Source of the DNA: Shigella phage KNP5
Reading direction: 5' to 3' (one strand)
Sequence record: KX452698
DNA: 64,000 nucleotides
In this document: positions 34,209-43,437 of the stretch, in pieces
Layout: the number at the start of each line of letters is the position of its first letter
Numbering within the stretch: the stretch's first letter is position 1
Made by a program: the position numbers and the translations under genes
The notes under the pieces: model-generated
Databases searched by the model: none
Seen by the model: only the letters and a program-made list of their open reading frames with translations
What the model was told of the DNA's origin: nothing

Positions 34209-35891
34209 TTAAACCATTACAGTAAATCGACCAACTTTCTTCATTTGAAGATGCTGACCATATTCTTGCGGGTCATGGTCTTTATGCGAAATTATAAAAA
34301 CATTAGTATTTTTCATTGAATTTATAATATTAGCTACACCTTTAATACCTTCGGCATCAAATGACCCATCAAACACTTCATCGAGTATTAATGTACTAAT
34401 ACTAACACCAGATACAATAGAAGCAATATCACGCCAAGTAAATAAAAGAGCAATATCAATTCGTGCTTTTTCACCTTCACTAAATGAAGCATAACTAAAA
34501 TCTTCACGACCGCGGGATTTAATTGTCTCATTAAATTCTTCATCTAATGTAAACACATAATCCGCTTCCATTATTTTAAGATAATGGTTAATCTGCTTAT
34601 TAAATAATGGAATGTACTTTTTAATGATAGCACCTTTAATACCAGAATCTTTTAGCATATCAGTCAAAATTCCTCTATGGTATTTTTCCATTACTAAATT
34701 AGTTTTTGTCTTAACAATTTTATCAAGTTCTTCTTGAAGCAGTGCTATTTCATCAGCATGGTCAATAAACTCGGATGATGCTTTTTCTATAGCTGCTTTA
34801 ACTTTTTTAGCTTTATCTACCGTCGTGATTAGAGATTGCTTTTTATTGCGAATATCATTCGCCAACGTCTGCTGGGTTTTAATATTATCTCGGTATTCAT
34901 CAACGAGAACTTTTAAATTATCACGATGTGTTGAAAGCTGTTCAAACGAATGCGTGCATTCAGAAACTTTATCTTTAATTTTAGAAACAACTTTATCACC
35001 GGAACTTAATTGCGACAAACAGGTTGGACATAATCCACCTTCGTGATACATATTAATGACTTTATTATACGAGTCAATTTTTGATTTAATTAAAAATGCT
35101 TCTTGACCGATTTTATTAAATGCATCAGTCGGGTCTTCATCCAAAACAATATTAACTAGTCTTTCATTAGCTTCTTCTATTTCCGATTTTAGCGTTCTAG
35201 CTTCTTTTGCCAAATCATCATACATATTCTGTAGACGAGTAAGGTTGTCACCAGTTAATTTTTTCTGGCGTTCAACGTTATCATTATATATTTTAATTTG
35301 TTGGATAATACTATCTTTTTTAACATCAAGCACTTGGTTTTGTGAATTTAATTCACGTATTAGTGCTTTATTAAGCTTATCCATTTCAGCTAATGTTCCT
35401 ACCTCGAGCAGGTCTTCCACAAGCTTTCTTCGTGCAGGGGTCGACAAACCCATGAAAGGGGTATACCCTGCTGTACCAAGGACAACAATCTGCTTGAAAC
35501 TGGCATATGACATTCCGATAAGCTGTTCAAATTCTGCTTGGAAATCTTTACTGCTGGCAGATTCATTAAGACGTGTACCGTTAACGGTGATTTCGAAAAC
35601 ATTCGGTTTTTGTCCTCTTTTGATATAGTACTTTTTCTCATCATATTCCATCCACAGTTCAACTAAAAGTTCTTTCTTATTCGTGCTGTTTATTAATTGA
35701 CCTTTCTTTACATCACGGAATGGCTTGCCAAAAAGCCCAAACGTGATGGCTTCTAACATAGTAGACTTACCACCACCATTTCGGCCAGTAATAAGAGTTT
35801 TTTGAACCTTATCTAGTTGAATGTCAATAGGATTTCCACCTACTGACATTATATTTTGATACCTAACTCGGTTTAGTTTAAAATTCTTCAC
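34209..35891 (-). CDS. 46: recombination endonuclease subunit gp46 (Rad50/SbcC-like ATPase)
   Basis: 560-aa ORF; GTG start at 35891 with AAAGGA SD; Walker A GRNGGGKST; long coiled-coil middle; Cx2C zinc hook; C-terminal ABC signature region. Confidence 0.93.
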   Translation of the reverse strand: MKNFKLNRVRYQNIMSVGGNPIDIQLDKVQKTLITGRNGGGKSTMLEAITFGLFGKPFRDVKKGQLINSTNKKELLVELWMEYDEKKYYIKRGQKPNVFEITVNGTRLNESASSKDFQAEFEQLIGMSYASFKQIVVLGTAGYTPFMGLSTPARRKLVEDLLEVGTLAEMDKLNKALIRELNSQNQVLDVKKDSIIQQIKIYNDNVERQKKLTGDNLTRLQNMYDDLAKEARTLKSEIEEANERLVNIVLDEDPTDAFNKIGQEAFLIKSKIDSYNKVINMYHEGGLCPTCLSQLSSGDKVVSKIKDKVSECTHSFEQLSTHRDNLKVLVDEYRDNIKTQQTLANDIRNKKQSLITTVDKAKKVKAAIEKASSEFIDHADEIALLQEELDKIVKTKTNLVMEKYHRGILTDMLKDSGIKGAIIKKYIPLFNKQINHYLKIMEADYVFTLDEEFNETIKSRGREDFSYASFSEGEKARIDIALLFTWRDIASIVSGVSISTLILDEVFDGSFDAEGIKGVANIINSMKNTNVFIISHKDHDPQEYGQHLQMKKVGRFTVMV

Positions 35892-36103
35892 AAAAGGTTC
35901 CTTTTAATGTATCTTTTAGACCATTCTATCATATCATCATAATCTAAAAAGTATTCATCAAATTCAGCCATGCAAACAACACCTTGTGCTGCTTTTGATG
36001 TGATATAAATTATTCCAACATATCTAGAATCTTCTTCGGTGTAATCAATATTTGCTACGAATTCATCGTTAATGTCAAATGTCGAAAACTTCACAGTATG
36101 CAT
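35888..36103 (-). CDS. hypothetical protein (T4 46.1 position)
   Basis: ATG 36103 with AAGGA SD (MHTVKFSTFDINDEF...); the longer ORF-track start overlaps the upstream gene. Confidence 0.5.
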   Translation of the reverse strand: MHTVKFSTFDINDEFVANIDYTEEDSRYVGIIYITSKAAQGVVCMAEFDEYFLDYDDMIEWSKRYIKRNLL

Positions 36104-36338
36104 CCTTAATACAAGATACAGCCATATCTTGTAATGATTTAGGTGTGTCATTATCTAAAATGTTGAAGTTAAAAGATACAGCCCAGTCAGTGCAGACCGT
36201 AACCTTTTTAATACAATTATCTTCAACCTCTAGCGGTTCAAACCAATATTCAATAATTTCTTTATGCCCAATATCATCTTTTACTTCGCATTCAAAATGC
36301 TGACTCATCATAACATTTTTAAATTCATCAAAAGTCAT
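36075..36338 (-). CDS. hypothetical protein (T4 46.2 position)
   Basis: 87-aa ORF; ATGA overlap with the gene 47 stop. Confidence 0.55.
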   Translation of the reverse strand: MTFDEFKNVMMSQHFECEVKDDIGHKEIIEYWFEPLEVEDNCIKKVTVCTDWAVSFNFNILDNDTPKSLQDMAVSCIKDAYCEVFDI

Positions 36339-37354
36339 TGTGTTGCCTCTACATATAGCTGATTTGCATATTGAATAAGTGCTTCGCGGTCAGAATCAGT
36401 GATGTCTGGAATTGCATTAATGTATTCTTCCATCAACGTCTGAAGAGATTGAACTTCAACTTCTTCACTATCATCTGACTCGACAGAGTTATCAATCTTT
36501 GACACAACTCGTAATGAATGCACAACTTTTTCTAGTTCAGATTCAAACTTCGTTAGATTTTTGTCTACTTCAGTTACTATAACACGTACTGATAGATTTG
36601 TAAAATCTTTATAGTCAATTTTTCCCTTAAATGGATATTGAATTCGACGATGCCAGGTGGTGTTGTTTGGAATAAATTCCATTCGTTCTGTTTCTGTATC
36701 AAACATCCAGAACCCGCGAGGGTCATTCTCGTCACCTGCAGTTAGTGTCCATGGTGTCCCAATATATCTGACGTTAGCAGCCTCAGAGATAGTATGGAAG
36801 TGACCAGACCACACCTCTTTATAAGTCTTAAGGAAATCAGGTTCAAGACCGTGAGATTTCATTCCTTTATAAAAATAAAATCCATTCAGTTCCCAGTGAC
36901 CAACACAAAAAGAAGCAGATGAAGTTTTGATGTGTTCAAGAATTTCACCAGTATTTTCTTCACACATCCAAGGAATTAAATCAATCAAACATCCGTCAAA
37001 ATCTACTGTAGTAGGCTTATCATATACTTTAACATTAGGATATTTAGCCAAAAGCTCAGTAGAAGCATTTGGATGCATTACATTTTTGTAGTGGAGATCA
37101 TGATTTCCTACAACAGTATGTAGGGTAATACCAGCATCATCAAGCATTTGAACTATTTCACGGGCAAACTCCATAGTTTTATGCGTGATTGCTTTTCGCA
37201 CATCAAAAATATCACCATATTGAATCCATACAGTAATTCCATTTTTCTTAGAATATTCTATCGCTTGCTTAATTCCATCAATTTGAATACCGCGAATCCA
37301 CTCATCATCAGCTTTAACGCCTAAATGCCAATCACCCAAGTTTAGTATTTTCAT
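36335..37354 (-). CDS. 47: recombination endonuclease subunit gp47 (Mre11/SbcD-like phosphoesterase)
   Basis: 339-aa ORF; calcineurin-like phosphoesterase motifs (DWHLG, GDIFD, GNHD, GHWH). Confidence 0.93.
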   Translation of the reverse strand: MKILNLGDWHLGVKADDEWIRGIQIDGIKQAIEYSKKNGITVWIQYGDIFDVRKAITHKTMEFAREIVQMLDDAGITLHTVVGNHDLHYKNVMHPNASTELLAKYPNVKVYDKPTTVDFDGCLIDLIPWMCEENTGEILEHIKTSSASFCVGHWELNGFYFYKGMKSHGLEPDFLKTYKEVWSGHFHTISEAANVRYIGTPWTLTAGDENDPRGFWMFDTETERMEFIPNNTTWHRRIQYPFKGKIDYKDFTNLSVRVIVTEVDKNLTKFESELEKVVHSLRVVSKIDNSVESDDSEEVEVQSLQTLMEEYINAIPDITDSDREALIQYANQLYVEATQ

Positions 37355-37831
37355 GGTGTCTTTTCCATCCTAATTTAGCTGCTTTTGAAACCAGTTCTTT
37401 AATTTTTCCTTTTGTCCATTCAGGACCAGGAGGTTCATGACATAACATTTGCTTAACTCCGTTATTATACCATTTTTTACCTTTATTATGTGATGAAGCT
37501 TTAAATTTATTTGACCTTCCTTTTACATAACCTTTTGGAATATAAGGCAAAAAGGNNNNNNNNNNNNNNNNNNNNNNNNNNNNNNNNNNNNNNNNNNNNN
37601 NNNNNNNNNNNNNNNNNNNNNNNNNNNNNNNNNNNNNNNNNNNNNNNNNNNNNNTGAATCAAATAAGTGAGGATTATCTGAAAGCTCTTTATTATAAATT
37701 TTCTTATACTTTTTAGATAAAACTGAACCATGATATCCAGCTAAATGCCTATCTAAAGACGTAGATCCAATATAAAAAGGAGGAAGTTTATCTCCACTAT
37801 ATATTGTTAAATAAGTTATATATTTTTTCAT
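37332..37831 (-). mobile_element. putative freestanding GIY-YIG-like homing endonuclease gene, interrupted by the 99-nt N gap
   Basis: N-terminal piece (37655..37831) MKKYITYLTIYSGDKLPPFYIGSTSLDRHLAGYHGS has a YIGS...R...H pattern; C-terminal piece (37332..37550) has KGKKWYNNG...PGPEWTKG as in seg-type endonuclease DNA-binding tails; the pieces are in different frames across the gap. Confidence 0.45.
37556..37654. other. N gap (99 nt)
   Basis: run of n. Confidence 1.
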
Positions 37832-37968
37832 ATATCAAGAACCGTCATTGAAATGCAAAATAAAATTATTGAAATAAATCCATCTGGAGTGCTAAAGAAC
37901 CCAATCCAACATGCTCTAGTGAATAGATAAAACGCGAGAAAAAGTATCACATATCCAAGAAATATCAT
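37828..37968 (-). CDS. small hydrophobic protein (46 aa)
   Basis: my own translation MIFLGYVILFLAFYLFTRACWIGFFSTPDGFISIILFCISMTVLDI; its TGA overlaps the ATG of the next ORF (ATGA). Confidence 0.4.
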   Translation of the reverse strand: MIFLGYVILFLAFYLFTRACWIGFFSTPDGFISIILFCISMTVLDI

Positions 37969-37994
37969 TATATCAAACTCCGTATAAAGCTAAA

Positions 37995-38006
37995 GGGCCG
38001 AAGCCC
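37995..38006 (-). other. C(UUCG)G tetraloop hairpin at the 3' end of a-gt
   Basis: GGGC-UUCG-GCCC on the transcribed strand. Confidence 0.6.
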
Positions 38007-38007
38007 T

Positions 38008-39210
38008 TTATTTTGTAATAATGTCAAACTGTTCTTTAAAGCAGAAGCTTGAATCTTGATGCTGATACAAAAATTCATAAGCTTTTTCGCGTTCACGGTC
38101 ATAAAGAGCTCGGTCAGATGACAGTTCTTTAATACGTTCAAATGTTGATTCCATGTCATTTTCATCAAACCAAACGATACCGCTATCATGTGAAATTAAC
38201 GGAGTATTATCAACACGGAATTTTAAATTTTCGCCAGTAGATTTCCAAAATACCGGAATTGTTCCGCACGCACCAAGCTCGAGATGAGTATATTCTAAAG
38301 AACGTTGTAGATATTTTTTGTCCAACTTACTCAACTGATAACCAAATCCGGATTTACTCATGCGTTCAAGCATTTCGCTATTTACATAACGGTCGAGAAT
38401 TTGCGTTGGCAAATTAGGAGCAATTTTAATTTGGTCTACTTGATGAAGACGATAATACTCGTATGGAATTCCTTTTTCTTTAATAGGAATGAACGCTGGA
38501 GAACGTTCCAGACCTTCCATAATAGTACTTAGTCCAGCAGGTTTAAGATGTTTTTCGTGAAAATCAAACATCTGATAAAAGCCTTTCCATGTAGTCGTAC
38601 GACCGATCCAACGGTTGACATTCATATTAATTTCAGAAACATCTTTCCAGTAGGTTGATCGAACCTTCGCAATATCCATAGGAGGCTGAAAGTTGTATAC
38701 GGTCGGTGCTTCTTCAATATCATCAAACAGAGAAACTATTTCTGGATACCATTCTTTCATCAAAACTTTATTAAAATCACCATTATCAGAATGGCTAAAA
38801 ATAACATCAGCACGACGAACAGTTTCTTCTAATCCCAAATTTCGACGTAAAGAAAGAGAAGAATGGTCATGTTGATAAACTACAACACGAACCGAAGGTT
38901 TAATGTTATCAATAATTTTTTTATAGTTATTAATAGTGTCTTCTTCTACTGAAGTAGCAGGAACTGAATTGATAATTAGAATATCACAATCATTTACCAG
39001 CTTAAGTGTTTTATCGTATTCTTTTGCCAATAAAACCGGAATTGAAAATGATTTATAATCATGCGCACAATTACGGGTAAATGATTTATCTTTAGCATAA
39101 ACCAAAGTTACTTCATGACCATTTTTAATAAACCAATCACGCTGCTCGAGAGAAAATTTAGTTACGCCGCAACCTTCAAGACCTCGAGCCATAAAAATAC
39201 ATACTTTCAT
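38008..39210 (-). CDS. agt: DNA alpha-glucosyltransferase
   Basis: 400-aa ORF MKVCIFMARGLEGCGVTKFSLEQRDWF...; size and position as T4 a-gt. Confidence 0.9.
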   Translation of the reverse strand: MKVCIFMARGLEGCGVTKFSLEQRDWFIKNGHEVTLVYAKDKSFTRNCAHDYKSFSIPVLLAKEYDKTLKLVNDCDILIINSVPATSVEEDTINNYKKIIDNIKPSVRVVVYQHDHSSLSLRRNLGLEETVRRADVIFSHSDNGDFNKVLMKEWYPEIVSLFDDIEEAPTVYNFQPPMDIAKVRSTYWKDVSEINMNVNRWIGRTTTWKGFYQMFDFHEKHLKPAGLSTIMEGLERSPAFIPIKEKGIPYEYYRLHQVDQIKIAPNLPTQILDRYVNSEMLERMSKSGFGYQLSKLDKKYLQRSLEYTHLELGACGTIPVFWKSTGENLKFRVDNTPLISHDSGIVWFDENDMESTFERIKELSSDRALYDREREKAYEFLYQHQDSSFCFKEQFDIITK

Positions 39211-39229
39211 TTAATATCCTCATTGTTTT

Positions 39230-39262
39230 GGTTTATTTTACCAAAAATTTATAAAGCAATAT
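39230..39262 (-). promoter_or_regulatory. MotA-box middle promoter upstream of a-gt
   Basis: TTGCTTTA then about 11 nt then TAAAAT on the minus strand, followed by SD GAGGA and the a-gt ATG. Confidence 0.45.
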
Positions 39263-39263
39263 A

Positions 39264-39277
39264 GGAGCCGAAGCTCC
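39264..39277 (-). other. tetraloop hairpin (GGAGC-UUCG-GCUCC)
   Basis: inverted repeat around cgaa. Confidence 0.55.
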
Positions 39278-39450
39278 TATCCGCATAATACACCGTACAG
39301 AGGCTCATTAGAGCTTCTAAATTTTATACGCTTATATGTTATAGTTCCTTCTGCTTTAGCTTTATCATGAGACTCTTTAAAGCGTCTCATCATTTCTACT
39401 TTAGAGGAACGAATTTTATTATAATCTATTTCAGAAGTCTGGGTGTTCAT
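39277..39450 (-). CDS. hypothetical small protein (57 aa)
   Basis: my own translation MNTQTSEIDYNKIRSSKVEMMRRFKESHDK...; weak SD. Confidence 0.35.
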   Translation of the reverse strand: MNTQTSEIDYNKIRSSKVEMMRRFKESHDKAKAEGTITYKRIKFRSSNEPLYGVLCG

Positions 39451-39453
39451 CTT

Positions 39454-39660
39454 TCACAGTTGCCACCATTTTTTGACTTGATAGGAATCAACCCACACTT
39501 TCATATTAGGGTCTGCTCTTACAATAGGAGGATTAACTTCTTTAATTGAACTATCATGGTATTCTTTTTCAGAAATTTTCACACAAAGATGACCGTTCAA
39601 AGATTCAGTAAATCCTGCATTAATTTTAAGACGCTTGAATTTTACGTGTGTAAGCATCAA
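39454..39660 (-). CDS. hypothetical protein (68 aa)
   Basis: ORF in the a-gt to 55 interval. Confidence 0.5.
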   Translation of the reverse strand: MMLTHVKFKRLKINAGFTESLNGHLCVKISEKEYHDSSIKEVNPPIVRADPNMKVWVDSYQVKKWWQL

Positions 39661-39943
39661 TCATATCCTCAATCTGCGATCTAGTAGTCTTCCAAAGAAT
39701 ACTAATGAGTTCATCGTTATATGGCTGTTTTAGAATATCCCGACTTTTCTTGATAGCATATTCGTATTGAGCAAAATTATTGTTTTCAGCTGCAATCTGA
39801 GCGTGCTTATAAAGACGGTTCAGTTCGCGTTTGTTTTTAGACAATAACTTATTTGCTTTTCTTTCTGCTTCAAGACGGTTCTTTTCTTCAATAGAAGAAA
39901 TAAGCTTTTCCACTTCATCATTAATTTCGGGTTTATCAGTCAT
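39626..39943 (-). CDS. hypothetical protein (105 aa)
   Basis: ORF with ATG start; helical, charged. Confidence 0.55.
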   Translation of the reverse strand: MTDKPEINDEVEKLISSIEEKNRLEAERKANKLLSKNKRELNRLYKHAQIAAENNNFAQYEYAIKKSRDILKQPYNDELISILWKTTRSQIEDMIDAYTRKIQAS

Positions 39944-39944
39944 A

Positions 39945-40163
39945 TTATTTCTCTAATATAAAATAAAAATCATCATCTGTTAAATGATACCGATAGTTTA
40001 ATTCTACACCATTAGATTTAAAAGCGGTATCATACGGATTTTCTGGATCAATATCAATGTCAAGAGCTAAAACTTCCCTGAGATACATTTTAAGTAAATA
40101 GGGAATAGCTTCAACTTCAGGTATTTCTTCCAAGAATCCGGAGAGGTTAATCGTTAGCCTCAT
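39945..40163 (-). CDS. hypothetical protein (72 aa)
   Basis: ORF overlapping the 3' end of gene 55 by 17 nt. Confidence 0.5.
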
Positions 40164-40704
40164 ATAAAAAATCCAAACTAGGAGAATCGTCTACAACACT
40201 TTTCTTTTCAGCCCCCGGTGTTCTATAGGTTGATTCTTCGTAATGCGTCATTTTATCGTAGATGTCTTGAATAAAAGTTTCATCTACTAACGCAACCATA
40301 TCGTCGTCACGACTGTCATAGACATTGTGAACGAAGTAACTGTATTTCTTTGCAACTTCCTTACGTTCTTTTTTAATACGTTGGACGAATGCATTAAAAC
40401 AAGCTTGAGTTATATATGCATGTGGGTTTTTATATTTCGTTTCATCAAAATTATGAAGCCCCTTAATAGAAGCTTCTATACCATCTGCAATCATTTCTTG
40501 TTTCCAGGATTGGGTGTATCCTGAAAAGTTGAAACGTTTAGATAAGCCTTCTGCAATAAGCATAATGGCCAATCCGATAGTATCATTCTGACGAACTACT
40601 TTATTTGGGTCTTTATTATTTGCTAATTCTGTTTTCCAATCAATAATAGCTTGTAAAAGCTCTTTATTGTTTACGTAATTATATTTAGGCTTAGTTTCTG
40701 ACAT
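40147..40704 (-). CDS. 55: late-transcription sigma factor gp55
   Basis: 185 aa from ATG 40704 (SD AAGAGGTGA); [24 protein letters not shown]... as T4 gp55. Confidence 0.93.
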
Positions 40705-40737
40705 TTTCACCTCTTAGCTCAATTCATAGATCTATTA

Positions 40738-40772
40738 TATCATAATATTTGAAGATCTATCTTAAAGCATAG
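40738..40772 (-). promoter_or_regulatory. possible MotA-box middle promoter upstream of gene 55
   Basis: ATGCTTTA followed by TATTAT on the minus strand; spacing not ideal. Confidence 0.3.
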
Positions 40773-40782
40773 AGGGTATCAG

Positions 40783-41052
40783 TTATCTAAGTAAGCAGTA
40801 TGCTTGGAATACTTTCTCCATCATCTTTTTAAATTCATGAATATCTATGTAATGACTAGTTAAATCAGCCTGATATAAAAAGTCTAAAAACTTTTCATGC
40901 GTGCTAACATATTCGCTTTCATTTAATTCAGAAACATGACTTTCCCAATATCCAACACCAGTCTTATTTGGGAAAAATGAAATTTTCATGTATTGGTCAA
41001 CATAGAAAATTCCATAATTTTCAATAGTAATAGAAATATTAATAAATTTCAT
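40783..41052 (-). CDS. hypothetical protein (89 aa)
   Basis: ORF. Confidence 0.5.
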   Translation of the reverse strand: MKFINISITIENYGIFYVDQYMKISFFPNKTGVGYWESHVSELNESEYVSTHEKFLDFLYQADLTSHYIDIHEFKKMMEKVFQAYCLLR

Positions 41053-41270
41053 ACATTCATCAACTTAGCCGCTTCAAGAGCTGCATCTAGTGAATCAAAC
41101 TGGTCAACATATTCAATCAATTCGCCATAATTAGCGTATAACCACCATTGGCTAAATTCATACTCAAGGATGAATCCATTTCCTTCAATTTGAGTTAAAC
41201 CAATGCCATTTGTATTTACTTCATATCCGGCAAGACGCAAATCGTTAATAAGAGCTTCGTTCATATTCAT
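41049..41270 (-). CDS. hypothetical protein (73 aa)
   Basis: ORF, ATGA overlap with neighbour. Confidence 0.5.
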   Translation of the reverse strand: MNMNEALINDLRLAGYEVNTNGIGLTQIEGNGFILEYEFSQWWLYANYGELIEYVDQFDSLDAALEAAKLMNV

Positions 41271-41593
41271 ACCTTAGCAATTTTCAGGTCAGCAAATTTT
41301 TTCTTGCGTTGATTTTTCATACGACGAATAGTTTTATCGGAAATTTCATGCTTTTGATAAGCTTTAGATTCTACACCAAAAGCTTTAACATCAAATTCTG
41401 ACAAGATATATTGAACCAACAATTCACGGACAGTATTGCGTCCAATCTTCTGATCGTTCTGTTTCATCGTCTGATGAAGCTCTTTTTCCCATTTATCCAA
41501 AATTTGAGGAGTTACAATATCGCCTTTTTCTAGCAAAGAAACCACTTTATCATATGCGTAAGAATTGATGGCGTTTTTAATTTGAATAGTCAT
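41267..41593 (-). CDS. hypothetical protein (108 aa)
   Basis: ORF. Confidence 0.55.
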   Translation of the reverse strand: MTIQIKNAINSYAYDKVVSLLEKGDIVTPQILDKWEKELHQTMKQNDQKIGRNTVRELLVQYILSEFDVKAFGVESKAYQKHEISDKTIRRMKNQRKKKFADLKIAKV

Positions 41594-41633
41594 ACATTAT
41601 CCTCAATTGCGTTAAAATTTTATTATCCAAAAA

Positions 41634-41645
41634 GGGCCGAAGCCC
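41634..41645 (-). other. C(UUCG)G tetraloop hairpin
   Basis: GGGC-UUCG-GCCC on the transcribed strand. Confidence 0.6.
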
Positions 41646-41846
41646 TTAGCTAAACTGTTTGGCGCCCTTCCAGCCTTCGTACATCATTGCGGCTGATATT
41701 AATATTGCTCCTGAGCAACTTGAATATTTGTGATTCCAAAACCAATTTAGAAAAACTTCGTCATCAATACCCTGGGCTATCATATTTTCAAAGAACTGAC
41801 GACGAGCTTCAGCAATTCGTTGTGATAATTTAGATTCAGGATTCAT
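41646..41846 (-). CDS. hypothetical protein (66 aa)
   Basis: ORF. Confidence 0.5.
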   Translation of the reverse strand: MNPESKLSQRIAEARRQFFENMIAQGIDDEVFLNWFWNHKYSSCSGAILISAAMMYEGWKGAKQFS

Positions 41847-41978
41847 TTAAATTTTCCAGTTACCATTTTCATCAATAAATTTAATCCAGTCATTTACTGA
41901 CCACTTGGTCGTATCGCCTTTTGGAGCAACATTTAAAGTGTATAATCCTTGTTTAAAAAGCATGCGTTTGATATTCAT
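41847..41978 (-). CDS. hypothetical small protein (43 aa)
   Basis: ATG 41978 with GAGGA SD; the longer ORF-track version overlaps the upstream gene. Confidence 0.4.
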   Translation of the reverse strand: MNIKRMLFKQGLYTLNVAPKGDTTKWSVNDWIKFIDENGNWKI

Positions 41979-41985
41979 ATTTTCC

Positions 41986-42279
41986 TCAGCTGTAACGATA
42001 GCACTCGTTTGATTTACGCTTAGCAACTCGTTGAGAAGTATTATAATCAAAATCATCGTCAATGTAAACTGATTTTTTCAACTTTCTTACTTCACCACGT
42101 AATTGGCGATTTAGCTCATCTTTAACTTCTGAATCGATGCCTTTCATTCTACGCCATTTATCAGAGCGAAAAATGTTTTCGACCATATCTTTATGACTTA
42201 CACCATCAGGAGCTTTACGCTTTCCGAAATAGTCATAATCACGTACTTTCAAGTCTTTACGACGATACGTTTTACCCAT
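41986..42279 (-). CDS. hypothetical basic protein (97 aa)
   Basis: ATG 42279 with AAGGA SD; Lys/Arg-rich. Confidence 0.5.
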   Translation of the reverse strand: MGKTYRRKDLKVRDYDYFGKRKAPDGVSHKDMVENIFRSDKWRRMKGIDSEVKDELNRQLRGEVRKLKKSVYIDDDFDYNTSQRVAKRKSNECYRYS

Positions 42280-42454
42280 GGAGTTTAATTTCCTTAGCAA
42301 CTGAACTAAATACAGCACGGTCACAAATCATCTGTTTATGTAACTTGAGTATAAGATAATAAACTTCAAAACCGTTTACATAAGTAACACGAACAACATT
42401 ACCATTAATAAAATAATATTGTCCCTTTTTAATTTCTTTATCAACCACAACCAT
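42272..42454 (-). CDS. hypothetical protein (60 aa)
   Basis: ATG 42454 with GAGGA SD, directly downstream of an early promoter. Confidence 0.5.
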   Translation of the reverse strand: MVVVDKEIKKGQYYFINGNVVRVTYVNGFEVYYLILKLHKQMICDRAVFSSVAKEIKLHG

Positions 42455-42482
42455 ATCAAATCCTCAAAGGCAATTCATGTGT

Positions 42483-42530
42483 TAATAATACCACAGTTTG
42501 AACTTCTTGTAAACAACTTTGTGAAAATTA
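42483..42530 (-). promoter_or_regulatory. T4-type early promoter (GTTTAC, 17 nt, TATTAT)
   Basis: gtaaac at 42509..42514 and ataata at 42485..42490 on the plus strand. Confidence 0.55.
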
Positions 42531-42596
42531 TTTTAGGGAATGATAAGAAGGGAACGATAGCTTAGAATGGTAATATACAGAATGTGAGAAAGAAAG

Positions 42597-42609
42597 GCCC
42601 AGAGGGCCC
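42597..42609 (-). terminator. terminator-like hairpin after the nrdH-like gene
   Basis: GGCCC-UCU-GGGCC followed by a U-rich tract on the transcribed strand. Confidence 0.45.
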
Positions 42610-42612
42610 GTC

Positions 42613-42936
42613 TTAGTCTTCTATGATATCTCTATCATATCCAAGTGAAATGAGAGTTTCTTTGAAGTGTTTAATGTTCTTTTGTCTAGAATCATTAATG
42701 AAAATGACTGGATAACGAATGTTAAGAGATGTAAATCCAGCGCGTTTAGCAAGAGATACAATCAGTGGACGATCATACTCGATCTTACCATTATTTGTAA
42801 GAACTTTATAGAAAGTAAAAGGAGCATTGAGCTCCTTTAGAAGTTTTGTAACTGATTGACATCCAGGACAACGACCAACTTCATCTGGAATTCCATAGAC
42901 TTCAATCTTATTCTTTAAGTTCGAGTTTTGTTCCAC
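42613..42936 (-). CDS. nrdH: glutaredoxin/NrdH-like redoxin (CPGC active site)
   Basis: KIEVYGIPDEVGRCPGCQSV...; likely GTG start at 42936 with AAGGA SD; the 150-aa ORF-track version overlaps the upstream gene. Confidence 0.55.
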   Translation of the reverse strand: MEQNSNLKNKIEVYGIPDEVGRCPGCQSVTKLLKELNAPFTFYKVLTNNGKIEYDRPLIVSLAKRAGFTSLNIRYPVIFINDSRQKNIKHFKETLISLGYDRDIIED

Positions 42937-43219
42937 GAGAAATAATTCCTTGATAAGCCCAATATGGCGGGTTAACAGAATCATCGCCAGAATTTTCTTC
43001 AGGAAAATAAACCTGGATAACAAATCCAGATTCATCAAAGGTAAAATAAACCGTAGGTAATTCACCTAACAATTCAGCACGATTATTAATTTCTTCGAGT
43101 TCTCGTTCACGTCCGGCCCAAAAACTAGGATTTAGACTACATTCATAGAAATAATAGTCATTACCGAACATATCAAAACCATTCCAACTCTCTACCACAT
43201 ACCGCTCAAAACTAATCAT
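42908..43219 (-). CDS. hypothetical protein (103 aa)
   Basis: ORF. Confidence 0.5.
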   Translation of the reverse strand: MISFERYVVESWNGFDMFGNDYYFYECSLNPSFWAGRERELEEINNRAELLGELPTVYFTFDESGFVIQVYFPEENSGDDSVNPPYWAYQGIISRGTKLELKE

Positions 43220-43221
43220 AA

Positions 43222-43437
43222 TTAAGCCTTTTTATCAAGAACAGCATTCAGTTTGTTAGTAATTTTATCCAGACGCTCATTGAACTCGCTAGAAGACAGT
43301 CCTTTTTCTGGAGAAATCAAACTAATCACGAAAAATATAGCAATAAAAGGAATAAGGAAAATAGCTCCAACTGCCATAAACAGAAAGAATGTTACGGTTG
43401 TAAGAAAATCAGCTAAACCTTTACGAAATTTATACAT
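43222..43437 (-). CDS. small membrane protein (71 aa)
   Basis: hydrophobic segment FLTTVTFFLFMAVGAIFLIPFIAIFFVISLI. Confidence 0.5.
   Translation of the reverse strand: MYKFRKGLADFLTTVTFFLFMAVGAIFLIPFIAIFFVISLISPEKGLSSSEFNERLDKITNKLNAVLDKKA

Noticed and set aside
32580-35662. Plus-strand and alternate-frame ORFs inside genes 44, 45 and 46 (32580..32801, 32833..33135, 34005..34190, 34825..35046, 35245..35628, 35399..35662)
   Set aside because: Embedded in or antisense to strongly supported genes; no start context; typical AT-rich-genome noise.
37507-38189. Alternate-frame ORFs 37507..37731 and 37968..38189
   Set aside because: The first reads through the N gap and the second lies inside a-gt in another frame; neither is supported.
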